NCBI GenBank assembly: GCA_051251855.1 | Contig: JBPOGI010000001.1 | Coordinates: 288,001-352,000, forward strand | Source: Roseibacillus sp. | GTDB taxonomy: Bacteria; Verrucomicrobiota; Verrucomicrobiia; Verrucomicrobiales; Akkermansiaceae | DNA: 64,000 nt | Direction: 5' to 3' | Part shown: one piece after another, positions 56,901-64,000 of the stretch | Layout: every line of letters begins with the position of its first letter | Position numbering within the stretch: position 1 is the stretch's first letter | Made by a program: the position numbers and the translations under genes | Notes under the pieces: generated by a model | The model's database searches: none | Told to the model about the DNA's origin: nothing | The model's input: the letters and a program-made list of their open reading frames with translations, nothing else

Positions 56901-59900
56901 GACGTCAAAATCAGGATGGCTCGATGCCATGGTTATTGCTTCCGCAAGGTCCATGCGACCGGCAGCCAACTCCTCTTCCACCCATTCTGCGAGACGGTGG
57001 CCATTTTTCATTTGGTCTCCTAGGCGCCCCTGAGGGAATTGAATGGCAGAAAGAAGTTCTTCGCGTTGTTCTTCTGACTGCTGATTGGCATCGTTAAGGA
57101 GAAAGGCGAGAGTCAAGGCTCGCATTTCTTCCGCGGTTCCAGGGAGTATCTGGGGCTGTTGTCCGCCGCGATGACGGAAGCCATATCCATATCCTGAGTT
57201 TTGGTCGCCAAGAGCCATTAAGGCCACGACCTGTTGGGCCATCACCTTGATTAGGAGGACTTCGCGTGGGTCCTTGTGACTGCCTTGGTGCCGCATCCAT
57301 CCCCGCCACCGTTCGAGTGTTTTTTCGTCAATCTGGGGTTTAAGCCCTTCGATTTCGGTATTCACAGAGGTGAGCTGTCGAAGCATGGTTCGGGCGGCAT
57401 CTTTTTCTCCCATTTGGTAGAGATTAAGGGCGGTGAGAAAGTTGAGCCGCCAATCTTTGTTTGGACTTTCGGCCAAAAAGCTGGCGGCAGTTTCCCACTC
57501 GCCATTTTGCATGAGAGCGATGGTAGTCTTCTCGACCTCGCGCGGGTCTCCATTTTGGATGCCTCGCAGCACATCGAGACCGAGTTCGATCTCGCCATTG
57601 CGGAAGTAGGCTTCAACGAGCTTTTGCTTAGAAAGGGGACCGCTATCGAGTCGGGCGGCTTCGCGCAGGGTGGTCATGGCACGGTCGATATCACCGGCTT
57701 GTTCTTCGACGCGGGCGAGGTCTTGTCGCAATTTGACATTGTTGGGTTTGCGCCGAACGGCTTCGGCGAGAGCTTCGCGTTGCATCTCATAGTCTCCCAG
57801 CTTTTCGTGGATGGAAGCAAGGGCTTGAAGGGGGCCGGCTTCTTGAGAATTTCGGCGTTTGCGGCGTTCGAACTCGCTCAGGAGTTCTTCCACGCGGTTT
57901 TCTTGTTGAGCAAGAGTGGCGAGCTCGTCGATCCAGCGGTTCTTCGCATTGGCATCTTCGGCTTCTTCATAGAGCTTGCGATAAAGGCGCTCTCCCTCGG
58001 TGTATTCGCCGGCTTCGACCAGCGCATTGGCGAGGAGGCCCTTGATTTCAGACTCGTCCCCGAATTTAGCAAGAGCGCGGCGAAGTTCGTCGACTGCTTC
58101 TTCCAATTCTCCGCTCTCGTTAAGAAGTTCGGAGCGCCGGAGCCAGGCTCCTTTGTCTCCAGGAGCCACTCGCTTCCAATCCTCGGTGGCGGCTAGGGCC
58201 GCTTGCCAGTCTCCAGCGGTGGCGAGGAGGTTGACGAGTTTGCGCAGATAGACGGGTCGTTCTCCACCAGGGAGCGCTATGATTTCACGCATTACGACGG
58301 CCGCTTTTTTGAGTTCGTCGCGAGACTCCAAGAGACGCACTTTTTGACTCAAGATGAGAGGGCCTTGTTCTAACTTGGCTGCCTCAGCAAGGGCGCTGTC
58401 ACTGGCGATGAGGTCGCCTTGGAGTTCGTTGAGCTCGGCGACGACGCACCACTGTTTCGCCGACTTGTTCTCTAGGCTCATGAGGTCTGCGAGAATGGGC
58501 TCTAAATCCAAACGACGGGATAGGCGGGTCACTTCGGTGAGAGCGGAAGCGAGGTCGGTGGGGGACTGGGCTAGCTCAGCCATCTTGAGAGCGTAGGGGA
58601 GAGCTTCCTGAGATTGGTCGGCAGCGAGGCCAGCATCACAGAGCTGTTTGAGGAGCAAAAGGTTTTCCGGGAATTCTTCAATGCGTTCTGAGAGCAGGGT
58701 GAAGCAGGCCTCGGCGCGGCGATTGGCGAGGAGGGCACGTGCTACGCGGAGGAGTCCCTCGGCGTCAGCGCCTTCGGCCATCGCTAACCACATTTGGGTG
58801 GCTTCGGCTTGGTCTTCGTCACTGGCGTCGATGTCGGCGAGCAAGGAGGCGAGAGCTTCGGTGACTTCGGTGGCCTCGGGAAAATCGGCGTGGCCTTTGC
58901 GCAAGATTTCTTCGGCTTCCTCGTGTAACTGATAGCGCTCATAAAGAGACGAGGTGGCGACGATTCCGGGACCATCGACGGCCCGTAGTTCCCGCACTTT
59001 GTTGAGGGCTTCGTTCAAACCCTTGGCGTCGCCCATGAGGTCGCGGAGGCGGGCCATACGTTCCCAGACTTCGGGTTGTTCCCCGTTTTCGCGAACAACG
59101 ACTCCTAATTCTTCGACGGCAAGGTCAAAGCGTTCCGCTGTTTCTAGCAGCGTGATGAACTGTTCTCGATTGGCGAGGTCTCCGGGAGTGATTTTAAGAA
59201 CTTCACGAAAGAGAGAAATGGCTTCATCGATTTCGCCGTTGGCAGCCATCTGAGCGGCGAGCCCTTTACGAAGGCTCACCCGTTGCGGGAACTTTTCCCG
59301 CAGGGCAGCATAGAAGTCGCGCAATCCGGCGATGTTCTCTTCTCTGCGAAAGACTTTGTCTACTTGAGCGAGCACTTCCTTCTCCAGCCAAGAGTCCTCG
59401 CCAGTCATCTCCAAGACTTTGCGGTAGGTTTGGAGGCCTTCTTCGCGCTGCTCGGCCATCACTTCGACTCCTGCGACCCGCATCCAGCGGAGGGCCTTTT
59501 GGTAAGGGTCCTTGGAGCCTTCGGCGAGCTTGCGAGCGGTGGCGATGGCTTCGTCATAGAGCCCTTCTCCTACTTGGAGTTCGATGAGGTCTTCCTGCAA
59601 TTCTTCGTCACCTGGTCGAGTAGCGAGGAGTTCTTGCCAGGCGGCGAGAGCCTCCTCTGGGCGTCCCGCGCGCGCGAGCCAAGTTCCTTTGAGAGTGGCC
59701 GCTTCTTCGCCGGCTTCCTCTTTGCTTTTTTCTAAATCGTTGAGAGCACCCTCGAAGTCGAGGAGACGAGCCTTAAGCTTGGCTCGTGCAAAAAAGAGAG
59801 CACCTGATTCGGGTTCTTTCTCGAGGGCTGCGGACATGGCAGCGAGGGCTTGTTCCTCTCGACCCATCCAGTCTTGGTAGGTTGCGAGGAGCCGCCACTC

Positions 59901-60128
59901 TTGGGCTCCGCCCTCTTTAGCTCCTGTTTGGAGAAAGGTCTCTAGGTCTTCCTTGCTACCGGTATCGAGCCAAGAGTCCACGAAGCGCTCGAATAGGGTG
60001 CCGCTATCAGGCCGCTTTAGGAGAAGCTTGTGATAGCGCTCGGCCTTCTCATTGGGTTGAATTGGTTCGTCAGCAAAGCCTGTGAGAGATGCGGCTGCTA
60101 GAATACCAGCCATGAGAAGAGCTTTCAT
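50955..60128 (-). CDS. Giant secreted TPR/alpha-solenoid protein
   Basis: Signal peptide, many TPR-like units in the N-terminal third (e.g. EAISLFREVLKITPGD), helical remainder; overlaps the next gene's start. Confidence 0.88.
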   Translation of the reverse strand: MKALLMAGILAAASLTGFADEPIQPNEKAERYHKLLLKRPDSGTLFERFVDSWLDTGSKEDLETFLQTGAKEGGAQEWRLLATYQDWMGREEQALAAMSAALEKEPESGALFFARAKLKARLLDFEGALNDLEKSKEEAGEEAATLKGTWLARAGRPEEALAAWQELLATRPGDEELQEDLIELQVGEGLYDEAIATARKLAEGSKDPYQKALRWMRVAGVEVMAEQREEGLQTYRKVLEMTGEDSWLEKEVLAQVDKVFRREENIAGLRDFYAALREKFPQRVSLRKGLAAQMAANGEIDEAISLFREVLKITPGDLANREQFITLLETAERFDLAVEELGVVVRENGEQPEVWERMARLRDLMGDAKGLNEALNKVRELRAVDGPGIVATSSLYERYQLHEEAEEILRKGHADFPEATEVTEALASLLADIDASDEDQAEATQMWLAMAEGADAEGLLRVARALLANRRAEACFTLLSERIEEFPENLLLLKQLCDAGLAADQSQEALPYALKMAELAQSPTDLASALTEVTRLSRRLDLEPILADLMSLENKSAKQWCVVAELNELQGDLIASDSALAEAAKLEQGPLILSQKVRLLESRDELKKAAVVMREIIALPGGERPVYLRKLVNLLATAGDWQAALAATEDWKRVAPGDKGAWLRRSELLNESGELEEAVDELRRALAKFGDESEIKGLLANALVEAGEYTEGERLYRKLYEEAEDANAKNRWIDELATLAQQENRVEELLSEFERRKRRNSQEAGPLQALASIHEKLGDYEMQREALAEAVRRKPNNVKLRQDLARVEEQAGDIDRAMTTLREAARLDSGPLSKQKLVEAYFRNGEIELGLDVLRGIQNGDPREVEKTTIALMQNGEWETAASFLAESPNKDWRLNFLTALNLYQMGEKDAARTMLRQLTSVNTEIEGLKPQIDEKTLERWRGWMRHQGSHKDPREVLLIKVMAQQVVALMALGDQNSGYGYGFRHRGGQQPQILPGTAEEMRALTLAFLLNDANQQSEEQREELLSAIQFPQGRLGDQMKNGHRLAEWVEEELAAGRMDLAEAITMASSHPDFDVQHLEQAATELKETNPEAANSALTALLNRDSKFSTSQIIAQKLALIEKFEPSERRDNFNGLAARVFAPVRNPYQYYGGQQTVTTDQATKELLRSKLLAELEKIPVGAQPKDQETALAVTPWFTSLVADAWQSGRAQDFVNLTNRLLEEHAVFAQGQKGMVFYNGHFYPASALAGRRNAQRLMQPPTFPRVQTELPMFLQQLLSVPFASANEQKNESNAFLDQWRQARDARLAEQSKVEGSTSGGDQSMTPEKLAPELHRLSSGQLRLLARHWSGDTEELEKELQAFETSQNAKEVLAAAGYWFQKEDLTKSYQLLTKARFLPMDKNERQAVDGELTLVGSTLSQKGTDLDELEVAQRAVLRLRRSARSAEEQKLLAGPMTSLGLSNVVTQMQTARLRRGALSNQRSRSSSQGTSPRLTKALGEGNKEAASREGLRLLRPLLRSPHNQWEVQQLVEKLQAGNLTEEILTLAHPGETKSYSRRMEYVSLCAAFNKAERALPLLKALSEERPSDDEVKAKLARFLPREEMMSKARELMTPEALEDFGAFVVGLANSRSSDPFDVSEAETEEEAQLKLDSYSLCIEYLQKVDPAPDATRNLSWYIALISAGALEEWNFDEKSSLSLAENSSEPSEFHQERVRITRDLLLAALPHPQIASQAFSVMDGYQKGLQWTEEELLEAAFTASSAASKRDFTSTDHRLHYILNNPWGFSMGQNSSQREPQHVGKTPSDYLSLAMVKMKDDASNELFTRFSEVDSERSKVLALARSFATESEEASKAALTEWRDQLKGERKEKLKQYVNFLTIAAYNNAPLERIDPLEREFFRILIKNMQYNDISDRSLISLAQAYEEVGGPETLQAHLNRFLTELIGPPELWDQWVKLNRMNQLRNQELNAIVYLIRNYAQKLFNAKWDLEQLLAIAEFKPFLHNNEYQIAQSIERTLKRDSVEEIEKVLQEINFWNLSWAELGQPLDLEEKKCAWNVILEATAEYQERTTLGKKWAKAQGNRRFRNRLAAATFGQEKGQISGELEGVAGKMLKMSPEDQAGIANILKTLFPALSVPNPKPNTQKLLTLLGQEEQGDLVANARKKIEKGFEGQIHDYRGGRQIRADTLKLIPLDPQLAAEYYATAAKESKVQRRGAFGQTVRINSSSSIASEQDEHFEDLLDDADRSSSAISLLEWSRFQRAYETLPDAPLIGIGHAERYDISELVSRFWRKQPEPKGLKGVEAEIFSRYHWNDFAKNFADEEPEVRKTAVWLLWLASSQTWNVGDEAQKHWDWMEETNYAERHPLQFARNSTLTALRAWDELKPEAHPVARQVWSKVLADPEITVRLRTEIVSASLSKEPRIADSPEGIAAITELLESYLAENRSLPANAFGRLLTGVNKLTTPLPRDRWNVILDKGSKALLEIAANKNHNRRDSNEARFAQSLVELSIALENYEVTKSLLAISKDSLRGNLELMLGLVTQGKPDLAKLLPTTPGLLYTLPPSQKWNPELAKTVEELLPLITNEQERYRIHCLLASLSNEDKESKPSKKERLLALANDFAEKAPKVPQARLQTLRTFLEESETIAPLLPELEVISQRYLYTQAMEQDRMPGDLSSKNLLYILDKYALEMAKRGDLAPIDRHLKALAASITTDRHSYYAERTADTFFWTVFTGYVEGRADNPDTPISDATLALAKEWYLGLAKAKFDNDSLAIRAVAFPLILHIFAGKGAEFETWIKSLPEADQAAYLKQLENPRAMLNTWTDNGWWQGKSHVPYGKYFSAKILEDPYGSKTLMGKHLSSYRLVSKKVISLADYEKTYGSLPPEHPQAAQFLLDVGVYVARNRDKERERGLAMIKKSIERMAATEDPLEAFGRAELAAVYGDKIKSYKTAIELAKDIDWDSIPEKEGASLKKRIDNYPSLLKKRQQSKQKKREAGANKTEEKPIQESVEKPAKKAEEQPPKKLEEEPTHNVEEKPTADAEEQPAAMVEKQPAENKVEEPAKQ

Positions 60129-60450
60129 TATAGATAAGAGATAGGTTTTTAGGGCGGGTCGTAAAGGGGAAACGGTTTGGATGAGAATCTTTGTTCCTAT
60201 GAAATTGACTGATGGTGGTTGGCAAGGGCGCGAGTTGGGAGAGAATGAGCTCGCTTTGATGTCCGAGTGAGAGGGGAGAATAGCTGCTCCCTAGGCTTGA
60301 AGAGTCATCAGGTGACTTGGATTGAGGAAAAGGCTGCTCTCAGATCGGATGAAAAGGTTTCGAAATAGAAAGAGATGCAGACTGCCAAGTTGTAGGACCT
60401 CTTTTTTTTCGAAAGAGTGTCTCCTCTCCAGTCGAATATTAATCATCATA

Positions 60451-61974
60451 ATGAAAATAAGTTCTGTGCGACCGTTTCTCTTTTTTCCGTTTCTTCCGTT
60501 CGTTTCCGCTCTGGCTGAAGAGGGGGCTTGGAAAATTGATAGCCAAGAAGATTGGAAGGGCGCGATCGAGTCCTCTGAGGGGATCGTGGTGAAAGAGGGG
60601 GAGTCCTCGCCTACGGGTGAGTCTGGCACCCTCAAGACGGTCCTCAAGAGCTTTGAGAGCAAGCGGTCTGCTTCTTCTTTACTCATTAAGCAGTCTCCCA
60701 TTTGGCAGAACTGGATTGAGACTCCGAACTTGGGACCGGCCAACCTTGGGGATGCTCCGGTGCTTCTCAGTAAAGGTCCTGATGATTACTGGATGTTTGG
60801 GCGCTATGGAGGAGTTGTTCCGCGAGTGAAAAAAGGAGCAAAAGATTCATCCAAAGTAAAATTCTCTCCGGTGGAAGCGACTTTGGAGGGTTTCGATATT
60901 CCTCTGCTGACGACAGGTTTCCTCAATCAATACAATGCTCCGGGTGGATTGAAAAAGAGTAAGGGTGGGTATCATGCCTGGCAAAGTAAGGATATGGTGA
61001 ATTGGGTGCATCACGGGCCTGTGACGGAGTCCTTCTCCAGATGGGTGACGAATGCCGAACAAGTTGATGGAGATACTCTGATATACTTCGACTTCCCCAA
61101 TGACCAAGACCCCCATGTCTATGTCGATAGCGATTTGACGGATGGGGAGCCGGGCGAGAACAAGGGAATGGCAGTGAGTGATCCTTCCCATGGCTCCGAT
61201 GCGGGATTCATTCGCGACCTCGAGGGACAAGTGCACGTGATTATTGAGGACTGGAGCCCCATCTCGGCGAATAAGCGCTCTTGGGATTCGCCCCTAGCTG
61301 GGCATGCGGTGAGCCCGAACGGAATTGATGGCTTTGTGTTTCAGGACCCAGCAGTGGACTATCGAACCAAGCCGACGGGTAAGATTGGGACTTTTAAGCA
61401 TCCTCATTGGGTGAAGGAAGATCCCGATAATTACAAAACGAGTGTGGCAAAATATGAGATTCATGAGCCAGCCCAAGAAGCTTATGGCGATTGGGCTGCG
61501 ATTGCGATTGGCGGGCAATATTATCTCTTTGGTGACTATGACCCAGCGAAAGGTCATCAAATGAGCGTGGGGTGGTTTACTTCTTCCTCTATCGATGAGC
61601 CCTTCAAGTGGTGTGACCATATGGGCAAAGGTCACCCTGATCCCGACGTCTGCTTTGCGGAGGGTCAGTTCTATTTGGCAACGCAAATGAAGACCGACTA
61701 TATCAGCCCTGGGCCTTGGGTGGAGACTGTGTCTGCCAGAGTTGGCGTTGATGTCGATAATGATGGCAAAATTGACAATTGGACCGATTGGCAAGAGGCG
61801 AAAGAGAGCTATGACCACATCCCCGGATTCTCGAAGCAGATTGCGACCACTCCAGCGGAAATCGATCTGTCTAGTTTGCCCGAAGGCTTTGGGTTTCAGC
61901 TTGAGGTTAAGATGACCGACACCACCGAAAACAGGTCCAAGCCAATCTTGGACAGTCTTCAGCTGAAGTTTTAG
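60451..61974 (+). CDS. Secreted protein, possible glycoside-hydrolase-like beta-propeller
   Basis: ATG at 60451 with signal peptide; W/D/H-rich with DAP, AWQSKDMVNW (Asp-box-like), HGSD and GHPDPD motifs. Function uncertain. Confidence 0.6.
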   Translation: MKISSVRPFLFFPFLPFVSALAEEGAWKIDSQEDWKGAIESSEGIVVKEGESSPTGESGTLKTVLKSFESKRSASSLLIKQSPIWQNWIETPNLGPANLGDAPVLLSKGPDDYWMFGRYGGVVPRVKKGAKDSSKVKFSPVEATLEGFDIPLLTTGFLNQYNAPGGLKKSKGGYHAWQSKDMVNWVHHGPVTESFSRWVTNAEQVDGDTLIYFDFPNDQDPHVYVDSDLTDGEPGENKGMAVSDPSHGSDAGFIRDLEGQVHVIIEDWSPISANKRSWDSPLAGHAVSPNGIDGFVFQDPAVDYRTKPTGKIGTFKHPHWVKEDPDNYKTSVAKYEIHEPAQEAYGDWAAIAIGGQYYLFGDYDPAKGHQMSVGWFTSSSIDEPFKWCDHMGKGHPDPDVCFAEGQFYLATQMKTDYISPGPWVETVSARVGVDVDNDGKIDNWTDWQEAKESYDHIPGFSKQIATTPAEIDLSSLPEGFGFQLEVKMTDTTENRSKPILDSLQLKF

Positions 61975-62189
61975 GGGCTATTTGGAGTCGAAGTCGGTTC
62001 TTGTGCAGAGAGTTTCTATGTCTCTGCAGGCTAGGCCTGCAGTTAGGTTGCGGAGTGCCCAAGGATGTGCGACTTGAGTGAGATTTTGCTATGCCTGAGA
62101 GGGTGGTGAATGACCCGAGGGCTGTTTGAGGCTCAATTTTGAAATTTTCCCCTCCCTTTGCACGTTTCTCTCGGTTCAAATTTAGCCTC

Positions 62190-63245
62190 ATGATCAAATC
62201 GCTCTGCTGCCTCGCTCTTTTCTCCACCATCTTCTCGTCGCTAGCTTGGGCTCAGGAAAAAGAAAGTCGGCGGCCCATCACAATTCGGGCCGTGGAGGGG
62301 CTGCAATTCGATCCTCCCCGCACGAAGATGGACCCAGGCCAGACGGTGCGTTTTCGGATTCTGAATCGTGATCCGAGTGATCTGGTTCACAATCTGGTCC
62401 TGATTAAGCCTGGCTCTCTTACCGAGATTCAACAAGCGTCGCTCCAAGTCGACCAGGCCGCCATTGACCGCAATTACATTCCCGATCACCAGGCAGTCTT
62501 GAAGGCTACCAAACTTCTCAAGACTGACGAGGGAGACGACTTTCTCTTCACCGCTCCGGAGGAACCCGGCATCTACCACTACATCTGCACCTACCCCGGA
62601 CATGCGACCGTCATGTATGGCGCTCTTTACGTTGGTGAGAATTGGGGCAGCTTTGAGAGAGATTCTAATATTCCGGAGTTTGCTCGCGAGCGCGTCAAGC
62701 GGTTGAAAGAGGCGAAGAAGGCCATCCTACGTCCCACGGTGAAGAGATTCTTCGTTGAAGAAGTGGGGCCCGCAGCCATCGCCGTCGCTTTGGAGAATGA
62801 TCTCAACTACTGCTGGGACGCGGGCAATTGTCGTCTTCGCTTTGCTTGGTCAGGCGACTTTATCGACTTTGGGGACTATAGTCGCTCCAACGGCAATCGG
62901 CAGGTGAGGCCTAAGGGGAAGAAGTTTTGGAACGGGGAGGGGGGCGAACTTACTTACACTATTCAAACCGATGACCCGTCTCTCAAGCCGGACTTTAAGG
63001 GCTACCGACTCATCGATGGACAACCCGAGTTCACATACCTCCTAGGCGACCTCACTGTCACCGAGTTCATCACCGGAACCTCCGAGGGGCTCCTTTACGA
63101 GATTAAAATCACCGGCGCTCAAACACCGGTGAGAATCTACGCCAAAGGCAAGGTCACTTCAAATGTGGGCACGCGTGACGGCGATTACATTGTTGTCTCA
63201 GCTCAAGACTCTTCTCACATCCAACTCTTCATCCCGAACAAGTAA
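62190..63245 (+). CDS. Secreted cupredoxin (azurin/auracyanin-like) fused to an uncharacterised beta-rich domain
   Basis: Type-1 copper ligands HNLVL and YICTYPGHATVM; C-terminal domain with WDAGNCRLRFAWSGDF and FKGYRLIDGQPEFTY. Confidence 0.85.
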   Translation: MIKSLCCLALFSTIFSSLAWAQEKESRRPITIRAVEGLQFDPPRTKMDPGQTVRFRILNRDPSDLVHNLVLIKPGSLTEIQQASLQVDQAAIDRNYIPDHQAVLKATKLLKTDEGDDFLFTAPEEPGIYHYICTYPGHATVMYGALYVGENWGSFERDSNIPEFARERVKRLKEAKKAILRPTVKRFFVEEVGPAAIAVALENDLNYCWDAGNCRLRFAWSGDFIDFGDYSRSNGNRQVRPKGKKFWNGEGGELTYTIQTDDPSLKPDFKGYRLIDGQPEFTYLLGDLTVTEFITGTSEGLLYEIKITGAQTPVRIYAKGKVTSNVGTRDGDYIVVSAQDSSHIQLFIPNK

Positions 63246-63249
63246 CCGT

Positions 63250-64000
63250 ATGAAGAACATACTCACACTCCTTTCCTTCGCTTCCTTCTCTTTTCTTGCC
63301 GACGCTGCCAAGCATCCAGCCTTCGATGTGGAGTCCATTGCGCTGGAGGTGGGGAAGGACCCGCAAGTAGGCGGACTCGATATTCTTGCCGATGGCAAAA
63401 TTGCCGCGGTCTTTCATGATGGCGAACTCCGGCTCTATGATGCGGCGACAAAGACTTGGTCTGTTTTTGCCTCGGGCCTTCATGAACCTCTCGGCCTCGT
63501 TGCCGAGAATGAGAGCACCTTCGTGGTGATGCAGCGTCCCGAGCTGACCCGTATCTCCGACTCTGATGGCGATGGGGTGGCAGACCTTTACGAGACCATC
63601 TGCGACGACTTCGGGATGAGCGGTAACTACCATGAGTTCGCCTTCGGCCCTGTACGAGATGCTAATGGAGACTATTTCGTTTCGCTCAACGTGGCTTCAA
63701 ACGGAGCTTCCATCCGAGAAGAAATTCGTGGCGAATGGCTCGACCTCGGTCTTTCTCGGGAGGGCTTTTATGTTTCCGGCGAAGAATGGAAAGAAGGGGT
63801 GAAGAAGCAGGCGGGTCGCATGTATTCCCGCGTCCCCTATCGGGGTTGGGTCATCAAAGTTGACGGTGAAACTGGAGAGATGACTCCTTGGGCTTCTGGC
63901 GTTCGTTCGCCTAACGGGTTGGGGTTCGATGCCGAGGGCAAGCTCTTCGTCTCCGACAACCAAGGTGACTGGCTGGGCACGAGCAAGCTCCACCATATCG
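63250..64000 (+). CDS. Secreted beta-propeller, glucose/sorbosone-dehydrogenase-like (partial, runs off the window end)
   Basis: Not in the ORF track. ATG at 63250, 4 nt after the upstream stop; signal peptide; FASGLHEPLGL, DSDGDGVAD, GNYHEFAFGP, GVRSPNGLG and DNQGDW; open to the edge. Confidence 0.82.
   Translation, partial: MKNILTLLSFASFSFLADAAKHPAFDVESIALEVGKDPQVGGLDILADGKIAAVFHDGELRLYDAATKTWSVFASGLHEPLGLVAENESTFVVMQRPELTRISDSDGDGVADLYETICDDFGMSGNYHEFAFGPVRDANGDYFVSLNVASNGASIREEIRGEWLDLGLSREGFYVSGEEWKEGVKKQAGRMYSRVPYRGWVIKVDGETGEMTPWASGVRSPNGLGFDAEGKLFVSDNQGDWLGTSKLHHI

Noticed and set aside
1..64000. Selenoprotein by UGA read-through
   Set aside because: The TGA-ending genes I checked look complete, and no split redox ORF or convincing SECIS was seen. 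This was not an exhaustive scan.

Overview
A gene-dense chromosomal segment of moderately high GC. By inference from gene content and repeat style it comes from a Verrucomicrobiota (PVC) bacterium, Verrucomicrobiaceae/Akkermansiaceae-like. The left part holds a partial S8 protease, a fused L-serine dehydratase, metG, a VanZ gene, a BrnT/BrnA-like pair, infA, an SLC13 permease, a zinc peptidase, a Kelch protein and gatCA. The middle holds a 2494-aa secreted beta-helix repeat protein, an ECF sigma/anti-sigma/PDZ operon, and a second ECF sigma followed by a 1741-aa mosaic vWA protein and a 2327-aa internally duplicated membrane protein. The right part holds two sulfatases flanking tRNA-Sec (selC), a minus-strand TPR/coiled-coil/MoxR/DUF58/BatA-vWA/vWA operon, a secreted propeller-like protein, a cupredoxin fusion and a partial propeller dehydrogenase-like gene. 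Three things stand out. (1) The anti-sigma-like vWA protein appears to have taken up secretin-N-domain-like and Wzc-like modules. (2) infA, missed by the ORF track, has no in-frame ATG/GTG/TTG upstream of its core and appears to start at ATC with an Arg/Gly-rich extension. (3) The tRNA-Sec has a 12-bp (7/5) acceptor branch. No CRISPR array, integrase or intact transposase was seen. All family calls come from reading motifs by eye, not from database searches.
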